DNA of 64,000 nt. It comes from Myxococcota bacterium (GTDB lineage Bacteria > Myxococcota_A > UBA9160 > UBA6930). A program made the translations under genes and the position numbers. The notes below the pieces were generated by a model. The model did not search any database, was not told the DNA's origin, and saw only the letters and a program-made list of their open reading frames with translations. This document shows positions 1 to 9,673 of the stretch, one piece after another. Every line of letters begins with the position of its first letter. The first letter of the stretch is position 1. The stretch is taken from positions 3,072,001 through 3,136,000 of the forward strand of contig OZ245015.1 of assembly GCA_965223705.1 (NCBI GenBank), given 5' to 3'.

Positions 1-475
1 GGGCGTCGACGTGGTGGACCTATCGCAGTGCTGCGTGGAAATCTGCGACGGCCGCCCGGAAAAGGATTACGGGGCCGATACCCGCGCGGCGATCTCGACC
101 ATCGGCGCAGCGGACGCGGTCGTGTTCGGTTCGCCGGTGTACCGGGCGACCTATCCAGGAGCGCTCAAGAATCTCCTCGACCACTTGCCCGTCGAGGCGC
201 TGCGCGACAAACCCGTGGGCGTGGTGGCCATGGCCGCGAGCGATCACCACTTCCTGGGCGTCGATAGCCACATGCGGTTCGTCTTGGCGTGGTTCGGCGC
301 ACTCACGTTGCCGAACAGCGTCTACTTAAAGAACGGCGACTTCGAAGACGGCGCACTGACGAGCGAATCGGGTCGTCGCGACATGGACGACCTAGCCGAT
401 GCGTTGATCGCGGTGACCGACAAGCTCGGCGGCACCCCGCTTGGCCCCACGCCGCTCGCTGCGAAGCCTTGGTAG
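1..475 (+). CDS. NADPH-dependent FMN reductase (SsuE/MsuE-like), 5' end probably outside window
   Basis: ADAVVFGSPVYRATYPGALKNLLD and DKPVGVVA flavodoxin-fold motifs; the N-terminal GS-x-R segment is missing. Confidence 0.85.
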   Translation, partial: GVDVVDLSQCCVEICDGRPEKDYGADTRAAISTIGAADAVVFGSPVYRATYPGALKNLLDHLPVEALRDKPVGVVAMAASDHHFLGVDSHMRFVLAWFGALTLPNSVYLKNGDFEDGALTSESGRRDMDDLADALIAVTDKLGGTPLGPTPLAAKPW

Positions 476-1761
476 ATTTCGCCGCTTATACGCTCCCCTC
501 GCGCGGTCCGAGGGACGGTCGAAAAACCGACGCGAAGACCGCATTCGAAGCGATTCGCGATGGCTCCCGTGTGTTCCTCGGTGCGGGTTGCGGCGCGCCG
601 AGCGGACTCGCCGCCGAACTCGACCGCCTGCGCGATCGCTTCACGGCCCTCGAGCTGGTTTCCGCCCTTCACCTGGGCCCGCTCGCGGTGTTCGACCATC
701 CCGGGGAGCCCTTCACTTTCACGACGCTGCAAGCGTCGGGCTACATGCGTCCCTTGATCGAGTCCGGACACTGCCAAGTCCTTCCCTGTCGGTACTGGAA
801 CTTCTCGCACCTCTACGGACCGGAAGGCGATCGCCCGGTCGATGCCGCGCTCGTACAGGTCAGCCCGCCGGGTCCGGAGGGCCGCTACAGCCTGGGGACG
901 AACGTCGGGGGCACGATCGACATCGTCAACTCGGCACCGCTCGTCATCGCGCAAGTCAACCCGCAAATGCCCTACACGTTCGGCGCCGGCGAGCTCGAAG
1001 CGTCCGCGTTCGATTACCTCGTCGACATCGAAGAGCCGCTCCACGAAATGCCGGCACCGTCACCGGACGAAACGACCCACGCGATCGCGGCCTTTGCGGC
1101 CGAAGAGGTTGAAGACGAAGCAACGCTCCAGTTCGGAATCGGCGCCCTGCCGGACAGCATTCTCCGAAACCTCGAGAACCACCGCGATCTCGGGATCCAC
1201 GGCGGAATGATCAGCAGCGGAGTTGCGAGGCTCCTCGAAAGCGGAGCCATCACCGGGCGAAAGAAGACCGCCGACCGCGACGCGCTGATCGCGGCCGAGG
1301 TCATCGGCAACCGAGAGATCTTCGATTGGGTCCATCGCAATCCCGCGGTGTGCATGGTTCCCGCGGCGTACAGCCACGGTGCCCCGACCCTCGCCGCATG
1401 CCACCGCTTCACCGCCATCAATTCGGCCGTCGAAATTACTCTCGACGGCACGATCGCCGCTGAAACCGCTGGGCGTCGCGTGATCTCGGGCCCCGGAGGC
1501 CAGCCGGACTTCGCCATCGCCGCCTCGATCGCACCGGGCGGGCGCAGCATCTTGGCGCTCCCCTCGACCGCCACGCGCGGCGAGCGGTCCCGGATCGTCC
1601 GGGAACTCGAGCCGGGCGCCGTCGTCACCGTGCCCCGCTACCTGGCCGACCGTGTCGTGACCGAATTCGGTGTCGCCCGCCTTCGCGGGCTCACCGTGCC
1701 GGAGCGCGCCGAGGCCCTGCGCGAGATTGCCCACCCGCAATTCCGCGACGCCCTCGCGTAG
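469..1761 (+). CDS. Acetyl-CoA hydrolase/4-hydroxybutyrate CoA-transferase family
   Basis: VQVSPP..G.YSLG, AQVNPQMPYTFG, TLQFGIGALPD, SGPGGQPDF; probable TTG start at 469 overlapping the upstream stop. Confidence 0.9.
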   Translation: MVDFAAYTLPSRGPRDGRKTDAKTAFEAIRDGSRVFLGAGCGAPSGLAAELDRLRDRFTALELVSALHLGPLAVFDHPGEPFTFTTLQASGYMRPLIESGHCQVLPCRYWNFSHLYGPEGDRPVDAALVQVSPPGPEGRYSLGTNVGGTIDIVNSAPLVIAQVNPQMPYTFGAGELEASAFDYLVDIEEPLHEMPAPSPDETTHAIAAFAAEEVEDEATLQFGIGALPDSILRNLENHRDLGIHGGMISSGVARLLESGAITGRKKTADRDALIAAEVIGNREIFDWVHRNPAVCMVPAAYSHGAPTLAACHRFTAINSAVEITLDGTIAAETAGRRVISGPGGQPDFAIAASIAPGGRSILALPSTATRGERSRIVRELEPGAVVTVPRYLADRVVTEFGVARLRGLTVPERAEALREIAHPQFRDALA

Positions 1762-1764
1762 CCT

Positions 1765-3084
1765 TCAGGCCATCCGGTAGTTGCGCGCTCGTTCGCGCAA
1801 GGCCCGCACGCGGTTACCGATCGCTTCGTGGTGACGTTCGAGAAGCGACGCGGCGAGAATCACCGAGATCCCCAGAGCCGAAAGGCTCGTCCAATGGCCG
1901 TACAACTCGATGGCTTGAGCGACGTGGCGGAGGAGCCCCGCAAGGGCGGTTAGCGCTCCGCACAGGAGAAGCGCGTTCCGCTCGAAGAAAAAGCCGTAGC
2001 CGGCCGCGAGAATACCGACGGCCAGCGCGAGAAAGCTCGCCAACACACTCGGCGCCAGGAATAGGCTTCCCGCGACGGCTGCGAGAGCGACCGCGACGGC
2101 CGCGTTCCGATAGGTGCTCGCGTGACGCGCCTGCACGAGCGACATGCCGAGGAACGTCCCCGCCATCGGGAAGGCGCCCATCGGCAGGAACGTCGCCGAC
2201 GGCAGTGCGAACGCAAGGTGCGCCGCGATGGCGAAGCTGCCCCAGCCGAGAGCCGCAAAGACGACGGCTGCGAATTCGCAGAGCGCCGCGAAGCGTTCCT
2301 TCGCCCACCCGTACGCGCACAAGAAGAACAGGGAGGACGCCGCCAAGCACGCGACAGCGACCATGAAGAGGGAGAGTTCGTAGTGCAGAACGCTCCGTAG
2401 CACGAGCATGGCGAGCGGAAGCGCGAGCATCGCGCGCACGATCCAACCTTCGCCCGTGCGCATCGCCGGCTCGCGACTCCAGTGCTTCCACTCGAGCGTC
2501 GCGATCGCAGCGAGGAGGATCGCCAAGAGCGCGGCCATCGCTTCGGGTGCCCGTGTCGGAATGAGCAGCGCCGCATTCGCCACCAGAAACACCGCGGTCA
2601 GCGGTCGCGCTTTCGTTCTCACGAGCGACAGCATGGACAGGAATCCGATCAGTGTGACGACCACCAGGGTCGCAGCGACGGTCGCAAGAGCTTGTATCGG
2701 ACCGGGAGCAACCCACTTCGCGTAGCGCGCCACGTCGCCGGTGGCGCCGTCCCAACTGAACTGCGAGTAGACGAGCCCGCCCAAGATGCAGAAGAGCGCG
2801 GGCACGATCCCGACCGCGAGCGCCATGAACGTCCTTGCGCCTTTGCTCTCGCGGATTTGCACGGCACAGAAAAGCCCGATCGCCGACAGCACGCCGCTCT
2901 GCGCGAGGAGCGTGAAGTAGCGCGTGAGGTCGTTCCCTCGCTCCCAGTGCTGGAACAGGAAGGTCCCGGCTGCGGCAACCACCACGGCGGCTCCAGAGGC
3001 CCGCAGAACTCGGGTAAGCAAAGAAATCCGTCGCACCGGTGACGACAGGGATCGCTGTTTGTCGCAGTCATTGTGTTCGACCAT
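1765..3084 (-). CDS. Uncharacterised polytopic membrane protein (about 12-14 hydrophobic segments), downstream of pspA
   Basis: Repeated long hydrophobic stretches; ATG 3084 lies 26 bp after the pspA stop. Confidence 0.75.
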   Translation of the reverse strand: MVEHNDCDKQRSLSSPVRRISLLTRVLRASGAAVVVAAAGTFLFQHWERGNDLTRYFTLLAQSGVLSAIGLFCAVQIRESKGARTFMALAVGIVPALFCILGGLVYSQFSWDGATGDVARYAKWVAPGPIQALATVAATLVVVTLIGFLSMLSLVRTKARPLTAVFLVANAALLIPTRAPEAMAALLAILLAAIATLEWKHWSREPAMRTGEGWIVRAMLALPLAMLVLRSVLHYELSLFMVAVACLAASSLFFLCAYGWAKERFAALCEFAAVVFAALGWGSFAIAAHLAFALPSATFLPMGAFPMAGTFLGMSLVQARHASTYRNAAVAVALAAVAGSLFLAPSVLASFLALAVGILAAGYGFFFERNALLLCGALTALAGLLRHVAQAIELYGHWTSLSALGISVILAASLLERHHEAIGNRVRALRERARNYRMA

Positions 3085-3110
3085 GGGGGTACCTCGGGAA
3101 AGAGAGTTGT

Positions 3111-3776
3111 CTAGGCGCGCGGCGTCTTGGGCTCGTCGTTCTCTTGCGACGCGAGGAGCTCCTCGAGTTCGTCGCGCAGTGCTTCGTCGGCTTCTTCCTG
3201 TGTCAGCTCGAAAGCCAGACGATCCCCGGAGTCGCTGCACCCGGCGACGAGTTCGCGCTCGGTGATGCGCGCGTTCCAGCGATCGAACACCTCGTCGAGT
3301 TCGGCTCCAGGCGAGCATTCCCCGACGGCTGCCAGCGCTTCCGCTCGGGATTGGCGCGTGCGCATGAGATTGCGCTGCGTCCGGAGCTGTTCGAGGCGTT
3401 CTTCCACGCGCCGGATATCCCCGGCGAGCTGGGTTTCGATCCGCTCGTGCTCGGAGACGCGCTCTTCGAACTCCTTCGCGCGCCGCTCCGCGTTCTTGCT
3501 GCGCGCAAGGCAAGCCAAAGCGCGTTCACGGTCCGAATCCGCCAGCCGCTTGGCGCGGTCGCGCCAGCGGGCGATACCCGCCCGCTCCTCGTCGAGTCGC
3601 TCGCGCAAATTCCGGCCGTCCTCCCGCACCCGCCCCATCTGGACCTTGGCCCGGGCGGCGTGCCGCTGAAGGTCTCCGATGGCGCTGTCCGCCAACGCTT
3701 CGTGGTTCTCGATCATGCTCACCATCCAGTCGACCCGGGAGACGAGCCCCGCGCGGAGGTGTTGCCAACGATTCAT
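3111..3776 (-). CDS. pspA: PspA/IM30 (bacterial ESCRT-III) family coiled-coil protein
   Basis: About 221 aa, all helical; N-terminal amphipathic helix, ERALACLARSK equivalent to PspA 'LAREAL', C-terminal DELEEL; GAGGAG RBS. Confidence 0.8.
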   Translation of the reverse strand: MNRWQHLRAGLVSRVDWMVSMIENHEALADSAIGDLQRHAARAKVQMGRVREDGRNLRERLDEERAGIARWRDRAKRLADSDRERALACLARSKNAERRAKEFEERVSEHERIETQLAGDIRRVEERLEQLRTQRNLMRTRQSRAEALAAVGECSPGAELDEVFDRWNARITERELVAGCSDSGDRLAFELTQEEADEALRDELEELLASQENDEPKTPRA

Positions 3777-3822
3777 TGCGATCTCCTCTAGACCGGGATC
3801 AGTCCCGGTACCCGGGCTGTAG

Positions 3823-3839
3823 AGCAAGCCCCGTACCGG
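3823..3839 (-). promoter_or_regulatory. Putative sigma54 (-24/-12) promoter of the pspA operon
   Basis: Minus strand CCGGTACGGGGCTTGCT = GG-N10-GC, close to TGGCACG-N4-TTGCW; AT-rich stretch upstream (3850-3960). Confidence 0.65.
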
Positions 3840-4002
3840 AAACGGAGATTTCAAATAATCAGTATCGGTTTCGGCTAGTTAGACGCGAAGTTGCTGATTG
3901 GAATACACGAGTTCTCTACGCGCTTTCGTACATCCTATGCAGGGTTCCGATCATCTATTGACCGGTCCATTGCGCCTCGGCTCTCGTGGTAACCTGCCAC
4001 GG

Positions 4003-5190
4003 ATGGATCTGCTCGCCGTGGATGTCGTCCGCGATCCCCACCCTCATTTCCGCCGCCTCCGCGAGCTCGACCCGGTTCACTGGAGCGAGCGGCACCACGC
4101 CTGGATCCTGACCCGATTCGACGACGTGACCGCGGGCTACCGCGACCTCGCACTGTCTTCCGAACACGTCGGCGAACTCTTCTCCGAGGGCGATCCCGAG
4201 GGCCACGCGAGTGTTCTCGCGGGCTGGATGGAGTTTCGGGATCCGCCGGCGCACACGCGACTCCGAAAATTGGTGCAGCGCGCCTTCACGCCGAAGATCG
4301 TTGCAGGGCTCACCCCTCGCATCCATGCGATCGCGGCGGAACTGCTCGATGAGATCGATCCCGGCACGACGAGCGATCTCGTCGAACGCTTCGCGTATCC
4401 ATTGCCCGCCACCGTCATCGCGGAAATGCTCGGCGTTCCGGCACGAGACCGCGACCGATTCCGTGGCTGGTCGAACGAGCTCAAGCATCTCATTTTCGGC
4501 ATCGGCGATGAAAAAGGGCGACGAGCCCGCGCGGAAAAGGGCCTGTCCTCCCTGCGCGCGTATTTCGAAGGGATCCTCGCCGAGCTTCTCGATGAGCCCC
4601 GGGACAACCTGCTCTCAGCGCTCGCCCGAGCGAAAGACGCCGGCGACCAGCTGACCGCAGACGAGGTGATCGGCACGTGCGTGCTGCTGCTCTTCGCCGG
4701 GCACGAGACGACGACGAATCTGATTTCCACGGGAATTCTCCTCTTGGCCGAGCGGCCCGAGGTCGTGCAGTTGATTCGCGAGGACCCGGACGCGATTTCC
4801 CCGGTGATCGAGGAAATCCTGCGTTTCGACGGTCCTCTCAAGCTGATGGTGCGCGTCGCGAAGGAAGATCGAGAACTCCGTGGCAAGACGATCCGAGCCG
4901 GCGACCGGGTATTTCTCGTCCATTCCGCCGCGAACCGCGACCCCGATCGTTTCGCGGACCCCGACCGCTTTGATTGGACACGTCGGGACCGCACCCACGC
5001 CGCCTTCGGGCACGGCATCCATTTCTGCTTGGGCGCGCCTCTGGCGAGGGTCGAGGGGCAAATCGCGCTCGGAGAAGTCTTCCGTCGATATCCCCGACTT
5101 CGCATCGAAACCGACACCCCGACGTGGGAAGCGAGTATTCTTTCCCGCAGCCTGACTTCACTACCGGTTCTCTTGGAGCCCGACGCCTAG
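4003..5190 (+). CDS. Cytochrome P450
   Basis: DPPAHTRLR, AGHETT I-helix, EILR (ExxR), FGHGIHFCLG heme motif. Confidence 0.97.
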   Translation: MDLLAVDVVRDPHPHFRRLRELDPVHWSERHHAWILTRFDDVTAGYRDLALSSEHVGELFSEGDPEGHASVLAGWMEFRDPPAHTRLRKLVQRAFTPKIVAGLTPRIHAIAAELLDEIDPGTTSDLVERFAYPLPATVIAEMLGVPARDRDRFRGWSNELKHLIFGIGDEKGRRARAEKGLSSLRAYFEGILAELLDEPRDNLLSALARAKDAGDQLTADEVIGTCVLLLFAGHETTTNLISTGILLLAERPEVVQLIREDPDAISPVIEEILRFDGPLKLMVRVAKEDRELRGKTIRAGDRVFLVHSAANRDPDRFADPDRFDWTRRDRTHAAFGHGIHFCLGAPLARVEGQIALGEVFRRYPRLRIETDTPTWEASILSRSLTSLPVLLEPDA

Positions 5191-5972
5191 TGCGCATAGC
5201 GACCTGGAATATCAACGGCCTCCGGGCGCGGATCGATTTCGTCGCGCATTGGCTCGACGAGCGAAAACCCGACCTCGTCGGGCTGCAAGAGCTCAAGCTC
5301 ACGGACGAGCAGTTCCCCCACGATATCTTCGAGGCGCACGGGTACCGCGCCGTGGTCCATGGACAAAAAGCCTGGAACGGCGTCGCGGTACTCGCGCGAG
5401 GGGACGCGGCGCTTCGCGAAGCGGGGCTGCCGGGTCAGGAAGATTTCGGCGCGCGCTTTCTCGCGGTCGAAGCGGGTGGCCTGTCGTTCGCGACGGTCTA
5501 CGCGCCCAACGGGAAAAGCACCAGCCACGCCGATTTCCCGCGGAAGCTCGCATGGTACGAAACCCTCGCCGCGCATCTCGACGCGCACTACGACCCGGCC
5601 GTTCCCTTCGTCCTCTGCGGCGATTTCAACATCTGTCCCGAAGCGAAGGACAGTTGGAACGAAGCCAAGTTTCGCGGCGAGATCTTCCATACCGACGAGG
5701 AGCGCGACCGTTTTGCCGCGCTCCACCGGTGGGGCTTGCGCGATCTCTTCCGAGAACTCCGTCCGGACGACGAGACGTTTTCCTGGTGGGACTATCGCGG
5801 CGGGGCGTTCCACCGGGGGCACGGTCTCCGGATCGACTTCCTGCTCGGTTCGCCACCTGTCGTCGAACGGCTTCGCGGCGTCGAGATCGACCGCGAATAC
5901 CGCAAGAAGAAGGAAGGACTCACCGCCTCGGACCACGCCCCGGTGATGGCCGATTTGGCGGACGCTTCTTGA
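5190..5972 (+). CDS. xth: Exodeoxyribonuclease III (AP endonuclease)
   Basis: IATWNING, LQELK, CGDFN, SWWDYR, GLRIDF, SDHAPV; GTG start overlaps the P450 stop. Confidence 0.96.
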   Translation: MRIATWNINGLRARIDFVAHWLDERKPDLVGLQELKLTDEQFPHDIFEAHGYRAVVHGQKAWNGVAVLARGDAALREAGLPGQEDFGARFLAVEAGGLSFATVYAPNGKSTSHADFPRKLAWYETLAAHLDAHYDPAVPFVLCGDFNICPEAKDSWNEAKFRGEIFHTDEERDRFAALHRWGLRDLFRELRPDDETFSWWDYRGGAFHRGHGLRIDFLLGSPPVVERLRGVEIDREYRKKKEGLTASDHAPVMADLADAS

Positions 5973-6011
5973 ACGCTGTCGAGGGGACCCTCGACATTCC
6001 CGAGGTCTATC

Positions 6012-7187
6012 GTGAAACACTCCGAAGGTCGTTTTCTCACCACCCACGTCGGGTCACTCCCCAGGGCGCGCGCCCTCTCCGATATCTTGATCGCTCGGGA
6101 GGCGAAAGAGCCCTACGACGAATCGGAATACCGGCGTCTCTCAGCCGAAGGAATCCGCCACGTCCTCGAGCAGCAGATCGCTTCGGGGATGAGTGTCGTG
6201 AACGACGGCGAGCAGTCCCGGGTCGGGTTTCAGACCTACGTCCCGGAGCGCATGAAGGGCTACGGCGGCGTCACCGAGCGGATGGTCTTTCAGGATTTTT
6301 CCGACTACCCGGACTGGATGGAGATTTTTCAGAAACGCCAGATGAGCTCCTCCAAGGTCTTCGATGCCCCCGCCGCGACGGAAGAAATCGAATACATCGG
6401 CTTCGATGACGCGCGGTTCGAGTTCGATCTCTTCGACGAGTGCTCGAAAGAATTCGAAGGCCGCTTCGAGGAGCGCTTCATGACGGCAGCCTCTCCGGGC
6501 ATCGTGGCGACGACCTGCCAAAACGGCGGAGCCTACGACTCTCACGAGGCGTACGTCCGAGCGATCGCGCGCGAGATGAAGAAGGAATACGACCTGATCC
6601 ACGAGCGGGGCTACCTGCTGCAGCTCGACTGTCCGGATCTCGCCATGGAACGCGGCGGTCTCTTTCAGAAGAACACCGACGCCGAGTTTCTCGATGTGGT
6701 GGCCCTTCACGTCGACGCGATCAATCACGCGGTAGCCGACATACCCGCGGATCGCATTCGACTGCACGTGTGTTGGGGGAATTACGACGGGCCTCACGAT
6801 TGGGACCCGCCCCTGGCAGACCTCCTGCCCATTCTCTACGGAGCGAAGATCGGCGGGCTTTCCCTCGAACTCGCGAACCCCCGCCATCAGCACGAGTACG
6901 CCGCCATCAAGGCGAACCCGCTACCGGACTCCATGGTCTTGCTGCCGGGAGTGCTCGATTCGACCACGAACTACATCGAACACCCACAGATCTGCTGCAA
7001 TCGAATTCTCGAAGCCGTCGAAGCGGTGGGTGACCCTTCGCGGATCCTACCGAGCACAGATTGCGGTTTCGGCACATTCGCCGGCTGGGAGATGGTCGGG
7101 CCAAAGGTCACGTGGGCGAAGTTCCGAACCCTGCGCGAGGGAGCGGATCTCGCGGCCGAAAAGGTCTTTGGAGCGAGTTCCCGATGA
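6012..7187 (+). CDS. Cobalamin-independent methionine synthase II family (single-barrel MetE-like, Zn)
   Basis: TTHVGSLPR, DGEQ, LHVCWGN (HxC), DCGFG. Confidence 0.9.
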   Translation: MKHSEGRFLTTHVGSLPRARALSDILIAREAKEPYDESEYRRLSAEGIRHVLEQQIASGMSVVNDGEQSRVGFQTYVPERMKGYGGVTERMVFQDFSDYPDWMEIFQKRQMSSSKVFDAPAATEEIEYIGFDDARFEFDLFDECSKEFEGRFEERFMTAASPGIVATTCQNGGAYDSHEAYVRAIAREMKKEYDLIHERGYLLQLDCPDLAMERGGLFQKNTDAEFLDVVALHVDAINHAVADIPADRIRLHVCWGNYDGPHDWDPPLADLLPILYGAKIGGLSLELANPRHQHEYAAIKANPLPDSMVLLPGVLDSTTNYIEHPQICCNRILEAVEAVGDPSRILPSTDCGFGTFAGWEMVGPKVTWAKFRTLREGADLAAEKVFGASSR

Positions 7188-8281
7188 GCCGTACCAAAGC
7201 GCGCTTTGTCGACACGAGTGGCGCCTCGCCGGGTCCGCTCGAGCTCTGGCCCGCGGTGATCATCACCAAGGAAGAGATCGACGCCGAGGCCGAGCGGCTC
7301 GCCTCGCTACCGCGCCCGGCCAATGGCCGGCGCCAGAGCGTGATCGCCCACCCGCTGGCGACGGAACCCGGCTTGGGCCTCGCTCCCGGCATTCGGGTCA
7401 CCTTGGAAGTGCTGCTGCCTGGCGAACGCACCGAACGCATTCGACACAACTCGACGCAAGTGAATTTCTGCATCCGCGGTCGTGGCCACTCCGTCGTCGA
7501 AGGCAAGCGAATCGAGTTCGCGCAGTACGACGTCTGGAACTTCCCGAGTTGGCACACTTATCACCACGTGAACGACAGCGACGACGTTCAGGTGCGCTTC
7601 TCGTACTCGAACGCGGCGCTTCTCGAGAAGATGAACGTGCACGTGGTGGAGGAGGATCCTCCGCCCGTCGCGGCGATAGCGGTCGCGGAGCCTTCGGTTC
7701 GCGATCCCCGCCGCGAGAGCCCCTTCGGCACGTTTCCCCTGGGCGACGACGGCGCCCGGATGATGCCCTACGAGACGCTCATCAACCCTCCGAGCGTCGA
7801 GTCGAAGGCGCTCCACTGGCCTTGGAAGAACTTCAAACGCCACCTCGATGAGCTGACCGCCCTGGGCAAAGACTACGTCGGGCGACGTCTCTACCTCTGC
7901 TACAACCCGCGAACGGCTGGGACCAACGGAACGACGCCGAACTTCTTCGCCACGATCTGCGTGCGCCCCGCCGGTATCGTCGACCGTCCGCACCGCCACG
8001 TCTCCGCGGCGATCAACTACTACTTTGCGGGAAGCGGCCGCAGCACGGTCGAAGGCGAAGTCTTTCGTTGGAAGGCGGGCGACCTCATGTTGTCGGCGCC
8101 GGGTTGGGGCGTCCACAACCACGCTTCGGACGACGAGCCCGTTTACGAGCTCACGGTCCAGGACCAACCGCTACACATCGCAACGGAGTCTCTCCTCTGG
8201 CAGGAAGATCTCAAGAAACCTCTCGCGGTACTGGGCGTCGAAGAAGGCTTCGACACGAACCGCGAGCGCGCCACGGGGTAG
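7184..8281 (+). CDS. Bicupin ring-cleavage dioxygenase, gentisate 1,2-dioxygenase-like
   Basis: Two cupin modules (RHNS..G.G..PSWHTYHH and HRH..G.G..PGWGVHNH); ATGA overlap with upstream gene. Confidence 0.75.
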   Translation: MSRTKARFVDTSGASPGPLELWPAVIITKEEIDAEAERLASLPRPANGRRQSVIAHPLATEPGLGLAPGIRVTLEVLLPGERTERIRHNSTQVNFCIRGRGHSVVEGKRIEFAQYDVWNFPSWHTYHHVNDSDDVQVRFSYSNAALLEKMNVHVVEEDPPPVAAIAVAEPSVRDPRRESPFGTFPLGDDGARMMPYETLINPPSVESKALHWPWKNFKRHLDELTALGKDYVGRRLYLCYNPRTAGTNGTTPNFFATICVRPAGIVDRPHRHVSAAINYYFAGSGRSTVEGEVFRWKAGDLMLSAPGWGVHNHASDDEPVYELTVQDQPLHIATESLLWQEDLKKPLAVLGVEEGFDTNRERATG

Positions 8282-8284
8282 CGG

Positions 8285-9184
8285 ATGATCGAGCTCACAC
8301 CGGGGTTCTTGAAGGGCTCCTACCCTCCGATCGTCACACCCTTCCGAGACGGGGAAGTCGACTTTGACGCGTACGCGCGGCTCGTCGATCACCAAATTCA
8401 GGAGGGCTCCCACGGCATTCTCGTGAACGGCACCACGGCGGAGCCGTCGACGTTGACGGTCGCGGAGCGAAATCAGCTCGTCTCGCTCGCCGTCGACGCC
8501 GCCGCGAAGCGCGTCCCAGTGGTTGCGGCGACCGGTTCGCAGTCCCTCGCGGAGACCCGCGAGTTGACGGACTACGCGGAGCGCGCCGGAGCCGACGCGC
8601 TTCTCGTCGTGACACCTTATTATGTACGCCCGCCCCAGCGCGGTCTCGTAGAGTACTATCTCGATCTCGGCGAGCGAACGTCCCTGCCCTTCATGATCTA
8701 TCACATCCCCGGCCGGACGGCGGTTTCCGTCACCCTCGACTCGTTGCGAGAAATCGCGGACACCGCTGATCACTTCGTCGGAATGAAGCACGCCGTGACG
8801 GACTTGAACCTCGTCACTGACGCGCTTCTCGCATTCGGCGACGAATTTCGCATTTTCGTCGGCCTCGAAGATCTGTCGTTCCCGATGCTCGCCGTCGGTG
8901 CGTGCGGCATGATGAATGCGGTGGGAAACCTCGCTCCGCGCAAGGTCGCCGACCTGTACGAGGCCGTCGCGTCCGGAAAGCTCGATGAAGCGCGCGCTCT
9001 GCATCGCGACCTCTGGGAACTCAATCAGGCCGTCTTCTACGACACGAACCCCATCGCGATGAAGTACATGCTGCGGCGCATGGGACTCCTTCCGCGAAAC
9101 GAGCACCGGCTCCCCATGGTCCCTGCCACAGCGGAGCTCGAAACGCGACTCGATGCCGTACTCGACCGGGCGGGGCTCATCTAG
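8285..9184 (+). CDS. DapA/NAL-family class I aldolase (possibly the aromatic-catabolism HpaI type)
   Basis: GSYPPIVTPF, GTTAE, VTPYY, IYHIP, Schiff-base Lys in GMKHA. Confidence 0.85.
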   Translation: MIELTPGFLKGSYPPIVTPFRDGEVDFDAYARLVDHQIQEGSHGILVNGTTAEPSTLTVAERNQLVSLAVDAAAKRVPVVAATGSQSLAETRELTDYAERAGADALLVVTPYYVRPPQRGLVEYYLDLGERTSLPFMIYHIPGRTAVSVTLDSLREIADTADHFVGMKHAVTDLNLVTDALLAFGDEFRIFVGLEDLSFPMLAVGACGMMNAVGNLAPRKVADLYEAVASGKLDEARALHRDLWELNQAVFYDTNPIAMKYMLRRMGLLPRNEHRLPMVPATAELETRLDAVLDRAGLI

Positions 9185-9190
9185 TCCGAG

Positions 9191-9673
9191 CTAAACGGGG
9201 TAGATCAGAGAATTCGGGACGAGCACCGAATCGAAAATGCAGTGCAGACGTCGGAAGCGCAGCGTTTCTCCCGCGCGCTCGATCTCCGCGTCGTAGCGCC
9301 CCACTTGAAGCACGCGCGTCGGCTCGTCAACCAACGTCTCGAACACGCAATAGTTCGCGCCGGCGCGGACGACCGCACCGGGCTCGCCCTCGAGACGGGT
9401 ACCGCTCACCATGTGCCGCACGTAGCGGGGCTCGTACATCATCGTCTCTTCCAATCCCCGCACCCGATCGCGGAGCATGTCTTTGCTCTCGCACCGGATC
9501 GCCGCAAGAGGAAGCCCGCGATCGGCGTTCTCACGGGAGATCACACGGTAGTCGGCGTCGTCCACGAAGTGGTCGAGAAACCCGTCCCAATCGAACGCAT
9601 CGATCGAGGCGGCGTAACCCTCGAAGAGCTCGCTCACCAAAAACCGCAACCAGAGGCGATCCTCTCGTCCCAC
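9191..9673 (-). CDS. nagH: Ring-hydroxylating oxygenase beta subunit (salicylate 5-hydroxylase small subunit-like)
   Basis: SRENADRGLPLA, MLRDRV, YEPRYVRH, DSVLVPNSLIYPV; coupled to the alpha subunit. Confidence 0.85.
   Translation of the reverse strand: MGREDRLWLRFLVSELFEGYAASIDAFDWDGFLDHFVDDADYRVISRENADRGLPLAAIRCESKDMLRDRVRGLEETMMYEPRYVRHMVSGTRLEGEPGAVVRAGANYCVFETLVDEPTRVLQVGRYDAEIERAGETLRFRRLHCIFDSVLVPNSLIYPV

Noticed and set aside
3850..3960. AT-rich patch as foreign DNA or an ncRNA
   Set aside because: It is short, lies between divergent promoters and has no convincing fold; better explained as regulatory DNA
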